DNA of 64,000 bases from a virus. Position numbers and translations under genes: made by a program. Shown one piece after another: positions 35,430 through 43,996 of this stretch (position 1 is the first letter of the stretch; each line of letters opens with the position of its first letter). The stretch spans positions 721-64,720 of IMG/VR virus record IMGVR_UViG_3300039216_000106. One strand, written 5' to 3'. The notes under the pieces are model-generated. The model was given only the letters and a program-made list of their open reading frames with translations. It did no database searches and was not told the origin of the DNA.

Positions 35430-35565
35430 GCCCTTGGTCTGATATGTAGCCGTGCTTGCATAGAAAATCGCAAGCTGTAAGGTCTCGCGCCGACTTAAAG
35501 CGAGTTGCGCCGTGGTCGTTCAAGATACTCAGGACTAAATCCTGGTCGTCGGTCAGTTGTGCCAT
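35374..35565 (-). CDS. Hypothetical protein
   Basis: 63-aa ORF in the island. Confidence 0.4.
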   Translation of the reverse strand: MAQLTDDQDLVLSILNDHGATRFKSARDLTACDFLCKHGYISDQGRDGLMSLAPKGLRYLNTH

Positions 35566-35581
35566 CTCTTCGGTTCCTCAG

Positions 35582-35749
35582 TTAAACGCCTGCCATCTTG
35601 AACAGCTTGGCCTTGGCGATGAAATAACTGGTTCCGGCTTTTTGCAACCGCGGCTGGGTATCAGCCTCGATTGCTCGGTGATACTCGACGTGGGCGCGCT
35701 TGAGGACTTTGATTGCCTTCAGGAGTTCGGCTTTTGTTGTGACCTTCAT
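35582..35749 (-). CDS. Hypothetical protein
   Basis: 55 aa counted from the ATG at 35749, with GGGAGCA RBS. Confidence 0.4.
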   Translation of the reverse strand: MKVTTKAELLKAIKVLKRAHVEYHRAIEADTQPRLQKAGTSYFIAKAKLFKMAGV

Positions 35750-35762
35750 CGGCCTGTGCTCC

Positions 35763-35960
35763 CTATCTGCCCAGCGCTTCGTTGCGCATGGCCTGAATTT
35801 CAATGAAGCGGTCCCACATGGCCTGCGAGATCGTCAGCGTGCCGTTCTTCCACGCGGCATTGTATTCAATCAAGTCCGCCTCCCAGCGCTCATAAGCTTC
35901 AAGCGTTGCTCGCATCTTGCCGTTTTCGGCTTCTGCTCTGGCGGCTTCACGTACTGGCAT
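35763..35960 (-). CDS. Hypothetical helical protein (start uncertain)
   Basis: The peptide MPVREAARAEAENGKMRATLEAYERWEADLIEYNAAWKNG... looks like real protein. It overlaps the 35870-36058 frame. Confidence 0.4.
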   Translation of the reverse strand: MPVREAARAEAENGKMRATLEAYERWEADLIEYNAAWKNGTLTISQAMWDRFIEIQAMRNEALGR

Positions 35961-36058
35961 ACCGGCCGCCGCTCGACCACGCCGCCATGAGACCAGATTT
36001 GATGATAGGCGTCCTTCATCGTCGGCGACAGATCGTTGGTAGGCAACGCTTTGAGCAT
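35870..36058 (-). CDS. Hypothetical ORF with good RBS that overlaps the next gene by 91 nt
   Basis: ATG at 36058 is preceded by GGGGAGA at 5 nt. The N-terminal half looks protein-like, but the C-terminal half looks compositionally odd. Confidence 0.3.
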   Translation of the reverse strand: MLKALPTNDLSPTMKDAYHQIWSHGGVVERRPVCQYVKPPEQKPKTARCEQRLKLMSAGRRT

Positions 36059-36069
36059 CACGGTCTCCC

Positions 36070-36816
36070 CTACTGCTTGCACTTCGGGCCACTGCGCCGA
36101 AGTTTTATGTGAATTTTGCCTTGTTTCGCCAGCCGCGTCACGAGCGACGGATACCACTTCCGTTTGAACTTTTTGCCGTCCGCATTCCGCGCGTTATTGA
36201 TGACATGGTAAGCGATGGGCAACGTCGGATATGTCTCGTGGTCGTTCAGGATTTTCTCAGCCATCTCGACGGGCAATCGTTCGTTCGATTTGGATTTGGT
36301 AACGGGCGATGCTTTTGCCCCAAGCGCTCCAAGCCGCTTCGCCTCGGCAGTCGTCATGCCGTTGCGGGCGTAGAACGTACGGGCTTCATCCACCATGTCG
36401 GCCAAGTCATCTGGGTTGTCGCTGCGTCGGTCAGTGTCAATTTCCAGAACAACCACACAGAACGCCTTGAGCCGATCACGTACCGCCTTCAAGTCCTCTG
36501 CGTTGCTTGCCAGCCGGTGATAATATGGCACACCCACAACATCACGTGGGCGCATTTGGCTGATCCACTCGTTGATGTTCTCGTAGGGAATAACCTTGCC
36601 GTCGAACTTCTCAGCGACAGATTGTTGCCGCGTCATGGGGCAGCGAGGTTCTGGCCGAAAGTAGGTTCTGATAGTCTTTTGCACTTGAAATCCTAACCGA
36701 TGAACAAAGTTCAAATACGCTGTTGCAAATTCAAAGTCAAGCGCGTACATAGGCTGACCAGCTTGTTGTGGCTGTTGGCAGCTCATTGGCGGCTTTAGTA
36801 ATCGTGGGCGCGGCAT
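36070..36816 (-). CDS. Resolvase-like remnant protein (no recognisable catalytic Ser region; start uncertain)
   Basis: RPRDVVGVPYYHRLASNAEDLKAVRDRLKAFCVVVLEIDTD resembles the second half of a serine-recombinase catalytic domain. The N-terminus lacks the YARVS motif. An alternative start is at 36636. Confidence 0.3.
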   Translation of the reverse strand: MPRPRLLKPPMSCQQPQQAGQPMYALDFEFATAYLNFVHRLGFQVQKTIRTYFRPEPRCPMTRQQSVAEKFDGKVIPYENINEWISQMRPRDVVGVPYYHRLASNAEDLKAVRDRLKAFCVVVLEIDTDRRSDNPDDLADMVDEARTFYARNGMTTAEAKRLGALGAKASPVTKSKSNERLPVEMAEKILNDHETYPTLPIAYHVINNARNADGKKFKRKWYPSLVTRLAKQGKIHIKLRRSGPKCKQ

Positions 36817-36894
36817 TTATCGGCGTGAGTTACGCTATCACGTTTTTGGGTTGGTCCTTCGGGATCAGCGGATAACTCAGAAGAGGCCGCAGCC

Positions 36895-37128
36895 TTGGAA
36901 CACCTAACGCAGCCGCAGAAAAAAGCCCTTGCGTGGTTGTCAGCCGGTAACTGGGAAACCTCTTTTTGGGGTGGCAAGCCGTGCGGCGGATGGCCAGATC
37001 AGATGCGTTTGAGGACGTTTAATGCGCTCCGCGCGGCGGGGTTAATCCGAGCGCAGCGTGTCGGATGGTCCGGCACCGTTGTGTCAATAACCAAAGTCGG
37101 GCGCGCTGCGCTCACTTCCAGCATATGA
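36895..37128 (+). CDS. Hypothetical (winged-helix-like) small protein
   Basis: 77 aa. TTG start preceded by GAAGAGG. Confidence 0.35.
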   Translation: MEHLTQPQKKALAWLSAGNWETSFWGGKPCGGWPDQMRLRTFNALRAAGLIRAQRVGWSGTVVSITKVGRAALTSSI

Positions 37129-37135
37129 GGCCACA

Positions 37136-37303
37136 ATGGAGACCGCACTCCTCGCGCTCTACATCGTCGGTGTTATCGCGTTCGCGCTGATCGCAAACCG
37201 GCACTCACGGTCGCCTCTGGCGATCATCACCATAGCGGCGGCTTGGCCTGCGGCGGTGATTTTGTTTGCGATAGAGGTTGTAACGCGGCGAAAGCTGGTG
37301 TAA
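37136..37303 (+). CDS. Possible 55-aa two-TM membrane peptide
   Basis: METALLALYIVGVIAFALIAN...LAIITIAAAWPAAVILFAI. Not in the ORF track because it is under 60 aa. Confidence 0.3.
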   Translation: METALLALYIVGVIAFALIANRHSRSPLAIITIAAAWPAAVILFAIEVVTRRKLV

Positions 37304-37400
37304 CGTGAGAATTGCCGTGGGCCGATGCGGCGCGCGCGTAGTAATTATTGATGGCATCCAAACATGCGCAGTTTGGCGCTTAGTCTGATAGGACACTCTG

Positions 37401-37874
37401 ATGCCCATCCCTCCCACCTGTCGCAAATGTGGTCACCACCACTGGTCCAACATGCCATGCAAACGAGATTCGGCGCCGGCCAAAGCCGAGGCGCCATCGA
37501 AAGTGTCGGGGGAAACTCCGGGCAGGCCAGCGGTGCGGTCAGCCCCCAAATCCGCGAGGAAGAGGATGACAAAGAGGCCAGATGCCAAACCCGCCCCTGA
37601 CCCGGATCGTGCATCCGGACATTTGCCGGGCCAATCCGACCGAGCACCGCAACAAACCACCAACAAGACGGCCCAGCAGATCATAGCGGAGGGCATGGCG
37701 CGGGCCAAGGATGCCCCTGTCGAGCCCAGCTCGACACCCCGCAGCGGCCGCCCGCTGGCCGTCAATCCCGACCCCATCGACCCGACCGAAATCCGCAAGG
37801 CCCATATCCGCGAACTAACGCTCAAGCGGGTCAGGCGCTTTCGTGAGCGGCAGGCCGCCAGGGCGTCGAAATAG
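37401..37874 (+). CDS. Basic, largely disordered protein with N-terminal Cys/His knuckle
   Basis: 157 aa. Starts CRKCGHHHW, followed by a Pro/Ala/Lys-rich region. Confidence 0.45.
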   Translation: MPIPPTCRKCGHHHWSNMPCKRDSAPAKAEAPSKVSGETPGRPAVRSAPKSARKRMTKRPDAKPAPDPDRASGHLPGQSDRAPQQTTNKTAQQIIAEGMARAKDAPVEPSSTPRSGRPLAVNPDPIDPTEIRKAHIRELTLKRVRRFRERQAARASK

Positions 37875-37884
37875 AGGGGTTATC

Positions 37885-38004
37885 ATGCCAGCATGGGAAT
37901 ATTGGTTGGGAACTTTTCTTCTGGCATGTGGTATTGTCTTAATTCCGATGGCGCCAGTCCTGATAGGTATTTTCTGTGGTTGGTTGTTCGATAGGCACCG
38001 CTGA
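37885..38004 (+). CDS. Possible 39-aa membrane peptide
   Basis: MPAWEYWLGTFLLACGIVLIPMAPVLIGIFCGWLF. Fills the gap between its neighbours. Confidence 0.25.
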   Translation: MPAWEYWLGTFLLACGIVLIPMAPVLIGIFCGWLFDRHR

Positions 38005-38011
38005 GGACCAT

Positions 38012-38341
38012 ATGCGATCAATCCCCACCATTCTATTCCTCGCTATGTTCGCCATTGGTCCGGCCATGGCCTGGGACGCCTACGGCACGCTGCGGCTCAA
38101 GGCTGACACCACGGTCTGCTTCCGCACCCCGACCGAGGTTCAGACCGCGGCCGGATCGGTTGAACTCGGCAAGGATCAATGCCTGACGGTGCGCGCCGAT
38201 GCGCCGCCGCAACCGGTAACCACTGGATTTTCCGATGAATTTCTGGCGTCAATCGGGTTCCACCGCTGCGGCGACGGTCCCAGCGGCAATCTCTACTGCT
38301 ACGCGCCGCCGGCCGCGCCCCGCCCAAAAGAAAAACCGTAA
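38012..38341 (+). CDS. Secreted protein (signal peptide)
   Basis: MRSIPTILFLAMFAIGPAMA-WD is a signal peptide with an AxA cleavage site. Confidence 0.5.
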   Translation: MRSIPTILFLAMFAIGPAMAWDAYGTLRLKADTTVCFRTPTEVQTAAGSVELGKDQCLTVRADAPPQPVTTGFSDEFLASIGFHRCGDGPSGNLYCYAPPAAPRPKEKP

Positions 38342-38823
38342 TGTCGGTTTGGACCCAGGAACTCTGCGACGAAGCCAAGCGAATCTATGTCGTTGACGGT
38401 TATTCCGCGAGTGTCACGGCCAGGATCATCAACACAGCTCACGGCACCACTTTCAGCCGCAACGCTGTGATTGGGAAACTTGCGCGGCTCGGCATTCTCG
38501 GCACAATACCGGAAAGGTCCCGCACTTTCAACCGTTTGCACCGTCCAAAGCAGGTTAAAGACCGCCCGACCCAGCGCATCACCTACAGCCCATCCGAGTT
38601 ACGCGGCGTTACCGATCTTGAGCCCACCGGCCCTGTCCGGGATTTTCCGCCGCGCGGTGGTTGTCAGTTCATGACCGGCGAGCCCGGAGAACCTGACTGG
38701 CGCATGTGCGGCCGCCCCGGCTATCCATGGTGTCCAGAGCACCGTAAGATCGTCTTTCAGCCGCAGTCGAAACAGGCCAGTGTCAGTGCCGACCCTGCGC
38801 CGGCACAATCGGAAGCGGCGTAA
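38341..38823 (+). CDS. gcrA: GcrA-family cell-cycle-regulator homologue (full length)
   Basis: The N-terminus is W....C.EAKRIY..DGYSASVTARII......FSRNAVIGKLARLGI. The C-terminus (GGCQFMTGEPGEPDWRMCGRPGYPWCPEHRKIVFQPQ) matches the GcrA C-terminal motif. Confidence 0.75.
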   Translation: MSVWTQELCDEAKRIYVVDGYSASVTARIINTAHGTTFSRNAVIGKLARLGILGTIPERSRTFNRLHRPKQVKDRPTQRITYSPSELRGVTDLEPTGPVRDFPPRGGCQFMTGEPGEPDWRMCGRPGYPWCPEHRKIVFQPQSKQASVSADPAPAQSEAA

Positions 38824-38833
38824 CGGGCACCAC

Positions 38834-39466
38834 ATGTCAGTCGCCACCGTTCACAAACGCCCAAGGCCGCCGGAATTTGAGCCCGGCACCGTTCCGCCCG
38901 ATTTTATCCCGGCGCCAGACCTCGCCAATTGGGCTATGGCCTCGTTCGTGGTGGACGGCGCCCCACTCGAAAACCCAGATCACCAGCACCTGAGAGACGC
39001 CATCATCGGTTGCCTTTGGGCGACTATTCCAAACAGCCGGCATATGGTCCAGGTCGTTGGTCAGGCCGAACGATCGCAATTTCAAGGCGGCAAGTGGATC
39101 AAGGCCCGCCAAGAGCAGCAGATGCGTGACTGGTTTGGGGAGCTACCGGATTTTATCCTGACGTTCGACGCCGGTTATGCCTCGGTTTGCGACGACGGCA
39201 GCTTCTGCGCGCTGGTCGAACACGAATTGGCACATTGCGGCCAAGCGCTTGACAAATTTGGAGGCCCAAAGTTTACCCGTGACGGACAGCCCGTATATGT
39301 TCTAAAAGGGCACGATGTGGAAGAGTTTGTCTGCATCGTCCGTCGTTACGGTGCTGGCCGCGGCGCTGGAAAGACGCTAGACCTTGTCCAAGCCGCCATG
39401 CAGAGACCAAGCGTTACAGCGGCAGCAATCACCGGAGCGTGCGGAACCTGCCGGACGAAATTCTAA
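38834..39466 (+). CDS. Phage metallopeptidase-like protein (HExxH)
   Basis: Contains ALVEHELAHC (HExxH). Located just upstream of the terminase genes, as in many phages. Confidence 0.55.
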   Translation: MSVATVHKRPRPPEFEPGTVPPDFIPAPDLANWAMASFVVDGAPLENPDHQHLRDAIIGCLWATIPNSRHMVQVVGQAERSQFQGGKWIKARQEQQMRDWFGELPDFILTFDAGYASVCDDGSFCALVEHELAHCGQALDKFGGPKFTRDGQPVYVLKGHDVEEFVCIVRRYGAGRGAGKTLDLVQAAMQRPSVTAAAITGACGTCRTKF

Positions 39467-39486
39467 GAAAATCAGAGGAAATCAAT

Positions 39487-39858
39487 ATGCGAGGCGGCAA
39501 ACGAACGGGCGCCGGACGAAAAAAGGGAGCAATTACAGCGGCTACGCGGCGCCGGAAGGAAATCATAGAAGAGGCGACAAATGCCGGGATTACCCCCCTT
39601 GAGCTGTCGTTACGGCTGATGCGGGCGCTTTGGGCTAAGGCGATCAACCCCAAGGGTGAAATAATCAACGACGGCAAGGCGATGCAGGCGCACATTATCG
39701 CGAAAGACGTGGCGCCATTCGTACATCCGAAGCTGGCCACGATTGAAATGGGCGGCAAAGGTGGGGGCGCGATTGAAATGCACCACCAAGTCATCACCGC
39801 CGAGATGACGGCGAAGGAGGCGGCCGAAGCATATGCAGCCTCCTTGCACAAGAAGTAA
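39487..39858 (+). CDS. terS: Terminase small subunit
   Basis: Basic N-terminus (MRGGKRTGAGRKKGAIT) with GAGGAAA RBS. Directly upstream of, and overlapping, the large subunit gene. Confidence 0.65.
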   Translation: MRGGKRTGAGRKKGAITAATRRRKEIIEEATNAGITPLELSLRLMRALWAKAINPKGEIINDGKAMQAHIIAKDVAPFVHPKLATIEMGGKGGGAIEMHHQVITAEMTAKEAAEAYAASLHKK

Positions 39859-41584
39859 GGAAAACTGGCCGCCGGATTACGTTGCGGTCTACGCTTGGCG
39901 GCAGCAACAGGTATTGCACCTGCGCGCCCACCCAGAGCTTATCGCGGGCGCGAAAGAATATTACCGAACGCGGCCGGCCGAATTCATCAACCACTGGTGC
40001 GACACCTACGACCCGCGCGCCGCAGGGTCAGATGTTCCGACGCGGGTGCCGTTTATCCTGTTCCCGCGCCAGGACGATCTAGTCGAATTTCTCTATGCCT
40101 GCCTCCGTGGCGAGGCGTCGGGGCTGATCGAGAAGTGCCGCGACATGGGCGCGACGTGGGATTGCTGCGGCTTCTCGGTGTGGCTGTGGCTGTTTTGGGA
40201 GGGCGCCGCGGTTGGCTGGGGAAGCCGCAAGGAAGAGCTGGTCGATAAGCTTGGCGACCCGAAGTCGATTTTCGACAAAATCCGCACGCTGGTGTTCAAC
40301 CTGCCGGACTTTTTTCTGCCGAAGGGGTTCAACCCGCGAATTCATAGTGGGTTCATGAAGCTGATCAACCCGGAAAATGGGGCGACGATCACGGGCGAGG
40401 CGGGCGACAATATCGGACGTGGTGGGCGCACGCTCTGTACCTTCAAAGATGAGTCTGCACATTACGAGCATCCCGAAGCGATTGAGGCGGCGCTGTCCGA
40501 AAACACCCGCGTTCAGATTGATCTTTCATCGGTTAACGGCGTCGGTAACGTGTTCCACCGGCGCCGGGAAAATGGCGTCGAGTGGGTACGTGGCGCGCCG
40601 GTGGTTAAGGATCGGGCCAACGTGTTCGTGATGGACTGGCGCGACCACCCGACCAAGACGAAAGAGTGGTACGACACCCGCAAATCCAAATTCGAGAGCG
40701 AGGGGCTGGGCCACATTTTCGCCCAAGAGGTGGACCGGAACTACGCTGCAGCCGTCGCCGGCATCATCATCAAATCGGACTGGGTCAAGGCCGCGATCGA
40801 CGCGCATATCACGCTCGGTATTCCGGAAACCGGGGCATGGGGTGCCGCGCTGGACGTGGCCGATGACGTCGAGGGCGGTGGTAACGACCGTAACGCGCTG
40901 ATCAAGCGCCGCGGTATTGTGCTCAAAGCCGCCGACGAATGGGGCGAGATGGACACCGGCAAGACGGCCAGGCGCGCCGCCTCGTTTTGCGATGGGCATG
41001 GCCAGATCGCGGTCCAGTACGATTGCATCGGGGTAGGCGCCGGGGTCAAGGCTGAGGTCAACCGGCTGATCGAAGACAAGTTGATGCCGCCGTACATCCG
41101 GTTTATCCCTTGGAACGCCGCGGCCAGCCCGCAACACCCCAAGCTGCGCGTGATCAAGCAGGAAGACGACAGCGAGGACAAGGATAGCCCGACCAACGAG
41201 GATTTTTACGCCAACCTGAAGGCGCAGGGCTGGTGGGAGCTGCGGTTCCGGTTCTACCGCACCTATCAGGCGGTGATGGCCGGCGCCCGCTACGACCCGC
41301 GCCGCAACCGCGTGATCGGCCCGCGCATCAATTTCGACCCGAACGACCTAATTTCGATCGACGGCACAATCCCGGTGATACGCCAGATCGAAAAGGAACT
41401 CAGCCAGCCCACGGCCGGGCAGTCCACCAAGATGAAATTGCTGGTCAACAAGGCGCCGGACGGCACCAGATCGCCGAACCTGGGCGACGCGATCATGATG
41501 GCGTATTTCCCGATCGATATTGCAATCCCAGACTGGCTTAAGCCCAAAGGCCCCCCTCCCGTGGTGTCGATATATGGGAGGTGA
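39833..41584 (+). CDS. terL: Terminase large subunit
   Basis: 583 aa. Walker-A-variant region is EKCRDMGATW and the Walker B region is TFKDESAHY. A nuclease-like C-terminal half follows. Confidence 0.85.
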   Translation: MQPPCTRSKENWPPDYVAVYAWRQQQVLHLRAHPELIAGAKEYYRTRPAEFINHWCDTYDPRAAGSDVPTRVPFILFPRQDDLVEFLYACLRGEASGLIEKCRDMGATWDCCGFSVWLWLFWEGAAVGWGSRKEELVDKLGDPKSIFDKIRTLVFNLPDFFLPKGFNPRIHSGFMKLINPENGATITGEAGDNIGRGGRTLCTFKDESAHYEHPEAIEAALSENTRVQIDLSSVNGVGNVFHRRRENGVEWVRGAPVVKDRANVFVMDWRDHPTKTKEWYDTRKSKFESEGLGHIFAQEVDRNYAAAVAGIIIKSDWVKAAIDAHITLGIPETGAWGAALDVADDVEGGGNDRNALIKRRGIVLKAADEWGEMDTGKTARRAASFCDGHGQIAVQYDCIGVGAGVKAEVNRLIEDKLMPPYIRFIPWNAAASPQHPKLRVIKQEDDSEDKDSPTNEDFYANLKAQGWWELRFRFYRTYQAVMAGARYDPRRNRVIGPRINFDPNDLISIDGTIPVIRQIEKELSQPTAGQSTKMKLLVNKAPDGTRSPNLGDAIMMAYFPIDIAIPDWLKPKGPPPVVSIYGR

Positions 41585-41585
41585 C

Positions 41586-41633
41586 TTGTAACGCAATTTA
41601 ATGTTTCAGACATGTAATCAGTCTTGCGTTACC
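41586..41633. promoter_or_regulatory. Inverted pair of the box: cTTGTAACGCAA (41586-41597) and cTTGCGTTAC (41623-41632)
   Basis: 9-bp arms GTAACGCAA/TTGCGTTAC are separated by 28 nt, just after the terminase stop. They are followed by the small GC palindrome GGCCCGGCGGGCC. Confidence 0.45.
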
Positions 41634-41676
41634 GGCCCGGCGGGCCTAGTCTCTTGTCATCAAACGGGAGACGGCT

Positions 41677-41862
41677 ATGGCCATGAAAATCGACATCACG
41701 TTGGAAACCACGGACGATTGGACGGTCTTTTCCGAAGCCAACAGTGACGCTCTTCTTGAGATTTACCCCAACCTCGACGCGGCCATGAAAGCGGCCTGCG
41801 ACGGCGGTATTCAGATGGGCGGTGGCGCGGCGCCGGAGTTTTTCATCCACTTCGCAGGCTGA
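41677..41862 (+). CDS. Hypothetical acidic protein
   Basis: 61-aa ORF, the first gene of the island between terminase and portal. Confidence 0.4.
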   Translation: MAMKIDITLETTDDWTVFSEANSDALLEIYPNLDAAMKAACDGGIQMGGGAAPEFFIHFAG

Positions 41863-41864
41863 TC

Positions 41865-42050
41865 ATGGACCGCAAGCAAATCGACCAATGGCTTAATCCG
41901 CACGTTCTGAACGTATGCCTTGCGGCTCACAGTCGCGAAGAAAACGACCTAAGCCTTGCGATTGAAATGCTGTACCAGCGGGTAGAATTGCTCGTTAGGC
42001 AGGCAGTCCGCGAAGCCCCCACCAACCAAACAAAACGAGGGCAGCCGTGA
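41865..42050 (+). CDS. Hypothetical protein
   Basis: 61-aa ORF starting 2 nt after the upstream stop. Confidence 0.4.
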   Translation: MDRKQIDQWLNPHVLNVCLAAHSREENDLSLAIEMLYQRVELLVRQAVREAPTNQTKRGQP

Positions 42051-42277
42051 TGGGCATTGACCCGGACGAGAAATCCGCATTCAAGGCTTATGTCATAGAT
42101 CGCGCCCGTGATCCTGGTGAGACGCCAAATGCGCGCCAGCGGGCAATGATGGCCTGCCTCGTAATCCCGGCGCCGATCCAGAAGTGGATGATCGAAGCAG
42201 GCGCAATAGAGCCGCTTCTTGATTCCATCGAAAAAACCATAATCGCGGCGGAAAAGTACGCTCGCGAGAATAGATAG
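42047..42277 (+). CDS. Hypothetical protein
   Basis: 76 aa with GTGA overlap. Confidence 0.4.
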   Translation: MMGIDPDEKSAFKAYVIDRARDPGETPNARQRAMMACLVIPAPIQKWMIEAGAIEPLLDSIEKTIIAAEKYARENR

Positions 42278-42291
42278 GGACGGGCTTAGAC

Positions 42292-42450
42292 ATGCCTGTT
42301 TACGATTGCGGAGACCCAGAATGTACCGAATGCCAAAAAGCGTTCGGGCCTAATCGCTCCAAAGCTATCGCCAATTTCAAGGCGCGGGAACGTGAGTACG
42401 ATCGGATAGCGCGCGAAAATCGGGAACTCGCCAACAATGACGCCCGCTGA
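42292..42450 (+). CDS. Possible 52-aa Cys-knuckle protein
   Basis: Starts MPVYDCGDPECTECQKAF. Overlaps the next gene. Not in the ORF track. Confidence 0.35.
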   Translation: MPVYDCGDPECTECQKAFGPNRSKAIANFKAREREYDRIARENRELANNDAR

Positions 42451-42649
42451 CTTCAAATCCGGCCGGAATGCGCTTGGCCTGTCCATTGCCGAACTGGCCG
42501 TGGCCCTCGATACTGACCCGCGCACCATCCGCAAATGGGAGGCTCTGCACGGTAACAGCGCGCGGCCACCGAACCCGATTGCGTGCCGGGTGCTCGGTTG
42601 GATGCTGGCCGGTTTTCGGCCGCCTGAATGGCCGGAAGGCAAGCGGTGA
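42437..42649 (+). CDS. Small HTH (XRE-like) protein
   Basis: Contains FKSGRNALGLSIAELAVALDTDPRTIRKWE. Confidence 0.55.
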   Translation: MTPADFKSGRNALGLSIAELAVALDTDPRTIRKWEALHGNSARPPNPIACRVLGWMLAGFRPPEWPEGKR

Positions 42650-42673
42650 TCAACATTACCGCCGCATTAAATC

Positions 42674-42722
42674 GCGTTACATAGCGGCGAGATCGCTTGC
42701 CGGAATTACGGACGTGCGTTAC
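42674..42722. promoter_or_regulatory. Two GCGTTACA boxes (42674, 42716) in the 127-bp gap upstream of the 42777 gene
   Basis: Same-orientation copies 42 bp apart in non-coding DNA. Confidence 0.4.
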
Positions 42723-42776
42723 AAGACTGCATACCGCTTGAAACGGTTCCGGGCGAGAGGTCAAGAGGGCCAGAAG

Positions 42777-43076
42777 ATGTCGAAGAAATCCACAGTCACC
42801 ACCGAGACCATCCAGTGCGTCCGTGAAATTCCGGGCGAGTACGTTCACGCTGGCACGGTCTACAAGGTCACGCGGAACGAATCCAATCGTGGCATGAAGG
42901 CCACCGCGTATTTCCACAACATCCTGCGTGGCAGCGGAACGTCGATGCCGGAATGGCAGGTTCGCCGCGCCATCGCAAACGGGTCGCTGAAGGTTTTCAC
43001 CGCGGCTGATCCGGCAGTGCTGGTTGGCATGGTCGAAGACGGCATGGCGCTCTACGCAAACGTGGCGCTGGGGTAA
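42777..43076 (+). CDS. Hypothetical protein
   Basis: 99 aa counted from the ATG at 42777. Confidence 0.45.
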   Translation: MSKKSTVTTETIQCVREIPGEYVHAGTVYKVTRNESNRGMKATAYFHNILRGSGTSMPEWQVRRAIANGSLKVFTAADPAVLVGMVEDGMALYANVALG

Positions 43077-43080
43077 GACG

Positions 43081-43272
43081 ATGACGGCGTTTCGTGGCAA
43101 GGCGGCCAGAGAAGCAAGGTGGCTAAAGCGGGCGGAATACATCCACCGCATATCGCTTTCGCTTGCGGAAGAAATTGAGCGCGCTACAGGAGAACGCTCG
43201 ATAGAAACTTCTCTCGCCTATGGGATCAATCTCGACGCGCGCCATTTGATAACGACGCTCGGCGGAAAATAA
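43081..43272 (+). CDS. Hypothetical protein
   Basis: 63 aa counted from the ATG at 43081. Confidence 0.4.
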   Translation: MTAFRGKAAREARWLKRAEYIHRISLSLAEEIERATGERSIETSLAYGINLDARHLITTLGGK

Positions 43273-43284
43273 GGAGACACCAAT

Positions 43285-43509
43285 ATGTCGAAATCAGTCA
43301 AACCCGCAATGTACACTTACAACGGCCACAAAATCACCGTGCGCGGCACGGAAGATTTGCCGGAGGTTGCGGTATTCGATGCGCGCTTTCCAAAAAATGA
43401 TGCGCTCTACAAAACTACGTCGCTTGATTTGGCGATGCGGTGGGTCAATGCTTATCTGGCTGGCGAGCAGTGGGCCGTTTCCGAAAAGCTCGAACCTGCG
43501 ACCGCCTGA
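43285..43509 (+). CDS. Hypothetical protein
   Basis: 74 aa with an AAGGAGA RBS. Confidence 0.5.
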   Translation: MSKSVKPAMYTYNGHKITVRGTEDLPEVAVFDARFPKNDALYKTTSLDLAMRWVNAYLAGEQWAVSEKLEPATA

Positions 43510-43605
43510 CCCTGCAGTCTGAGGGCGAGTAGCGCCGCCTTCTAATGTGTGATCAGATTGTACGGCGCGCCTCAGCCACAGATAGGGGCAGGAAAGACCA
43601 AAGAC

Positions 43606-43995
43606 ATGACCAACCACCCGAACAGAAAGAAGACCGCGGCCCCGCTGCACTGGCGGCAGGGCGACGTACTGCTTGTCGCCACGGATCGGATTCCGGCCGA
43701 CGCCGCGCCGGTCGGACGCGACGAACACAACCGCTTGGTCCTCGCCAACGGCGAAGTCACCGGCCACGCCCACGTCTTCCGCGGCAAGGGCATCTGCGGT
43801 TTCACCAAACTCGACAACAAGGACATCGAATACCTTCTGGTCGAGACCGGTGGCGGTTCCGGCGCCACGCTCAAGCACGAGTTGGTCAGCGGCGCCAAGG
43901 CCGACCATGATCCGCAGCAAATTCCGGACGGCAAATATCTGCTTGGCCAGCAGGTCGAGTATACGCCGGCAGAACTTATCCGTGCGAGCGACTAA
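43606..43995 (+). CDS. Hypothetical beta-rich protein (QGDVLL...GEVTGHAH family seen in phages)
   Basis: 129 aa with an AGGAAAG RBS. Motifs are WRQGDVLLV, LANGEVTGHAH and HDPQQIPDGKY. Confidence 0.5.
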   Translation: MTNHPNRKKTAAPLHWRQGDVLLVATDRIPADAAPVGRDEHNRLVLANGEVTGHAHVFRGKGICGFTKLDNKDIEYLLVETGGGSGATLKHELVSGAKADHDPQQIPDGKYLLGQQVEYTPAELIRASD

Positions 43996-43996
43996 C

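Noticed and set aside
36070-36816. Integrase/recombinase marking a prophage end or an invertible segment
   Set aside because: Only the non-catalytic half of a resolvase-like domain is recognisable. No catalytic Ser motif, flanking inverted repeats, tRNA or att-like direct repeats were seen. It is kept only as a low-confidence remnant.
42286-42642. 118-aa minus-strand ORF opposite the small Cys-knuckle and HTH genes
   Set aside because: The plus strand gives two overlapping, coupled ORFs with a recognisable HTH motif. The minus ORF is Arg/Ser/Gly-rich and would be the only antisense gene in this block.
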